From a phage, in sequence record OR846380.1: a DNA stretch of 1,095 nt; one strand, 5' to 3'. Positions 1-1,095 of the stretch are shown here, piece after piece. Below the pieces are notes generated by a model. That model saw nothing but the letters and a program-made list of their open reading frames with translations. It had not been told where the DNA came from and made no database searches. The translations under genes and the position numbers were made by a program. The first letter of the stretch is position 1, and each line of letters starts with the position of its first letter.

Positions 1-1
1 C

Positions 2-349
2 TACAGTGACCACCCGTTCGCGCATGGCCGACCGGCGAAGGTGTTTAACCGTCGCGGTGAAAAATCCACGGCCTCCGGTCGCTATCAGCAGCTTTACCTG
101 TTCTGGCCGCATTACCGCAAACAGCTTGCCCTGCCGGATTTCAGTCCGTTGTCACAGGACAGACTCGCCATTCAGTTGATCCGCGAACGCGGTGCGCTGG
201 ATGACATCCGGGCGGGACGCATTGAGCGCGCCATTTCACGCTGTCGCAATATCTGGGCGTCCCTGCCGGGTGCCGGTTACGGTCAGCGTGAGCATTCACT
301 GGAAAAACTGGTCACCGTCTGGCGTACCGCTGGCGGCGTACCGGCTTAA
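2..349 (+). CDS. Phage endolysin, lambda R-family lytic transglycosylase, C-terminal portion (5'-partial; N-terminus lies upstream of the window)
   Basis: Seen in sequence: the frame beginning at position 2 is open from the window edge to TAA at 347-349. The GTG at 41 shown as M in the ORF track is internal, since the frame stays open upstream (YSDHPFAHGRPAK-VFNRR...). From memory, not a database search: the translation ...YSDHP...SGRYQQLYLFWPHYRKQLALPDFSPLSQD...IRERGALDDIRAGRIERAISRCRNIWASLPGAGYGQREH... aligns closely with the C-terminal half of phage lambda R (YSDHP...GAGRYQLLSRWWDAYRKQLGLKDFSPKSQD...IKERGALPMIDRGDIRQAIDRCSNIWASLPGAGYGQFEH), with the conserved blocks in the same order. The catalytic N-terminal region is not in the window. 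Confidence 0.9.
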   Translation, partial: YSDHPFAHGRPAKVFNRRGEKSTASGRYQQLYLFWPHYRKQLALPDFSPLSQDRLAIQLIRERGALDDIRAGRIERAISRCRNIWASLPGAGYGQREHSLEKLVTVWRTAGGVPA

Positions 350-363
350 ACGGAGTAAACACC

Positions 364-789
364 ATGAAGAAATTATCCCTTTCACTGATGCTGAACGTGT
401 CACTGGCGCTGATGCTGGCACTGTCCCTGATTTACCCGCAGAGCGTGGCCGTCAATTTTGTCGCTGCCTGGGCGATTCTGGCGACGGTTATCTGTGTGGT
501 TGCCAGTGGTGTCGGCGTGTATGCCACGGAGTATGTGCTGGAACGCTACGGACGGGAGCTGCCGCCGGAATCGCTGGCCGTGAAGATTGTCACGTCGCTG
601 TTTTTGCAGCCGGTGCCGTGGCGCAGACGGGCGGCGGCTCTGGTGGTGATGGTGGCGACGTTTATCTCGCTGGTTGCCGCCGGGTGGATTTTTACTGCGC
701 TGATTTACCTCGTGGCGTCGGTGTTCTTCCGGCTGATACGTACGGCCTGCCGTCAGCGTTTTGAGGGGCGGGAACTATGTCAAAGCTGA
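364..789 (+). CDS. Small polytopic inner-membrane protein, LysA-like lysis accessory protein (putative lysis-timing factor or antiholin); 141 aa
   Basis: Seen in sequence: ATG at 364 preceded by GGAG at 352-355 (8-nt spacer), TGA at 787-789, only 14 nt after the endolysin stop. Hydrophobicity pattern suggests 4 transmembrane segments: about residues 4-24, 28-53, and a 33-residue hydrophobic stretch (90-122) long enough for a helical hairpin. Basic residues sit at the N-terminus (MKK), in the central loop (ERYGRE...WRRR) and at the C-terminus (RLIRTACRQRFEGR), consistent with an N-in/C-in topology under the positive-inside rule. Established knowledge: P2 carries lysA, a multi-TMD protein affecting lysis timing, at this position between endolysin K and lysB. 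Alternative: a holin placed downstream of the endolysin cannot be excluded from this window. Confidence 0.8.
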   Translation: MKKLSLSLMLNVSLALMLALSLIYPQSVAVNFVAAWAILATVICVVASGVGVYATEYVLERYGRELPPESLAVKIVTSLFLQPVPWRRRAAALVVMVATFISLVAAGWIFTALIYLVASVFFRLIRTACRQRFEGRELCQS

Positions 790-1095
790 TGATTGTGATG
801 GTTGTGTTGTTATCGCTGGCGGTGGCGGCGCTGTTTCTGGTGAAACACAAAAACGCCAGCCTGCGCGCCTCGCTGGACAGGGCGAACAACGTCTCCAGCG
901 GGCAGCAGGCGACCATCACCATGCTGAAAAATCAGCTTCATGTTGCCCTCACCAGGGCAGACAAAAACGAGCTGGCGCAGGTTGCACTGCGTCAGGAACT
1001 GGAAAACGCCGCGAAGCGTGAAGCACAGCGCGAGAAAACCATCACGAGGTTACTCAATGAAAACGAAGATTTTCGCCGCTGGTACGGTGCTGACC
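777..1095 (+). CDS. Rz/LysB-like inner-membrane spanin subunit (i-spanin), 3'-partial; runs off the window end
   Basis: Seen in sequence: ATG at 777-779 preceded by GAGGGG at 763-768; open for 106 codons to the window edge, so absent from the stop-delimited ORF track. Translation: MSKLMIVMVVLLSLAVAALFLVKHKNASLRASLDRANNVSSGQQATITMLKNQLHVALTRADKNELAQVALRQELENAAKREAQREKTITRLLNENEDFRRWYGAD. It has a single N-terminal hydrophobic segment (about residues 4-22, a signal-anchor) followed by a charged, Ala/Gln/Glu/Arg-rich region typical of the periplasmic coiled-coil of Rz-type i-spanins. The start overlaps the upstream gene's last codons by 13 nt. In-frame ATGs also occur at 789 and 798, so the exact start is uncertain. 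Confidence 0.8.
   Translation, partial: MSKLMIVMVVLLSLAVAALFLVKHKNASLRASLDRANNVSSGQQATITMLKNQLHVALTRADKNELAQVALRQELENAAKREAQREKTITRLLNENEDFRRWYGAD
1057..1095 (+). CDS. Probable Rz1/LysC-like outer-membrane lipoprotein spanin (o-spanin), embedded in the +1 frame of the i-spanin gene; only the first 13 codons are in the window
   Basis: Seen in sequence: ATG at 1057-1059 in the +1 frame relative to the i-spanin, preceded by GAGG at 1046-1049 (7-nt spacer). Translation MKTKIFAAGTVLT has a basic n-region followed by the onset of a hydrophobic core, as in a lipoprotein signal peptide. The lipobox and mature Cys would lie beyond the window. Established knowledge: Rz1/LysC genes commonly begin inside the Rz/LysB gene in the +1 frame. 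Confidence is moderate because only 13 codons are visible. Confidence 0.5.
   Translation, partial: MKTKIFAAGTVLT

Noticed and set aside
41-43. GTG at 41 presented as the start codon of the 102-aa ORF in the track
   Set aside because: The reading frame is open from the window edge through this codon, and the upstream residues (YSDHP...) continue the lambda R-like alignment, so this is an internal Val codon of a 5'-truncated gene, not a start.
192-764. 190-aa ORF in the ORF track (+ strand, alternative frame) spanning the endolysin end and most of the LysA-like gene
   Set aside because: It overlaps two well-supported genes in a different frame. Its translation is Gly/Arg/Cys/Ala-rich and low in complexity, with no hydrophobic or domain-like organisation, as expected for an off-frame read of GC-rich coding DNA. 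No convincing Shine-Dalgarno was found upstream of position 192.
364-789. Possibility that the 141-aa membrane protein is a toxin, immunity protein or abortive-infection effector rather than a lysis gene
   Set aside because: Its position, sandwiched between an endolysin and a spanin pair with translational coupling, is explained more simply by a lysis-cassette role. Nothing in the sequence points to a defence function. This is kept as a lower-probability alternative under the LysA-like finding rather than as a separate claim.
692-922. 76-aa ORF on the - strand antisense to the lysA/lysB junction
   Set aside because: It is antisense to two co-oriented, tightly coupled lysis genes, short, and has no recognisable ribosome-binding site or protein features. 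Most likely a chance open frame.
761-1021. 86-aa + strand ORF overlapping the i-spanin in another frame
   Set aside because: Translation is Gly/Ala/Arg/Gln-rich with His runs and no signal peptide or TMD. It lies in the -1 frame of the i-spanin, not the +1 frame where the o-spanin candidate sits, and it starts well upstream of the position where embedded o-spanins begin. Judged an off-frame artefact.
1-1095. Search for CRISPR repeats, tRNA/ncRNA genes, IS-element terminal inverted repeats, or strong intrinsic terminators
   Set aside because: No direct repeats with regular spacing, no GC-rich hairpin followed by a T-tract, and no cloverleaf-compatible segments were seen by eye. The window is almost entirely protein-coding on the + strand.

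Overview
This window reads as a contiguous piece of a tailed-phage or prophage lysis cassette on the + strand, with four tightly packed genes. (1) The 3' end of a lambda R-family endolysin (lytic transglycosylase), entering from the left edge and stopping at 349. (2) A 141-aa polytopic inner-membrane protein (364..789) in the position and style of P2 LysA. (3) An Rz/LysB-like i-spanin starting at 777 and running off the right edge. (4) The first 13 codons of a probable Rz1/LysC-like o-spanin, embedded in the +1 frame of the i-spanin from 1057. Gene order, overlaps and protein architectures match the P2-type arrangement (K - lysA - lysB/lysC), most likely in an enterobacterial host given the similarity to lambda R and the GC-rich codon usage. 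I found no RNA genes, CRISPR repeats, transposon ends or defence-system signatures. I see no direct evidence of a novel system here; the least understood element is the LysA-like membrane protein. Three of the five ORFs in the supplied track (192..764 +, 692..922 -, 761..1021 +) are judged to be alternative-frame artefacts, and the i-spanin itself is missing from the track because it has no stop inside the window.
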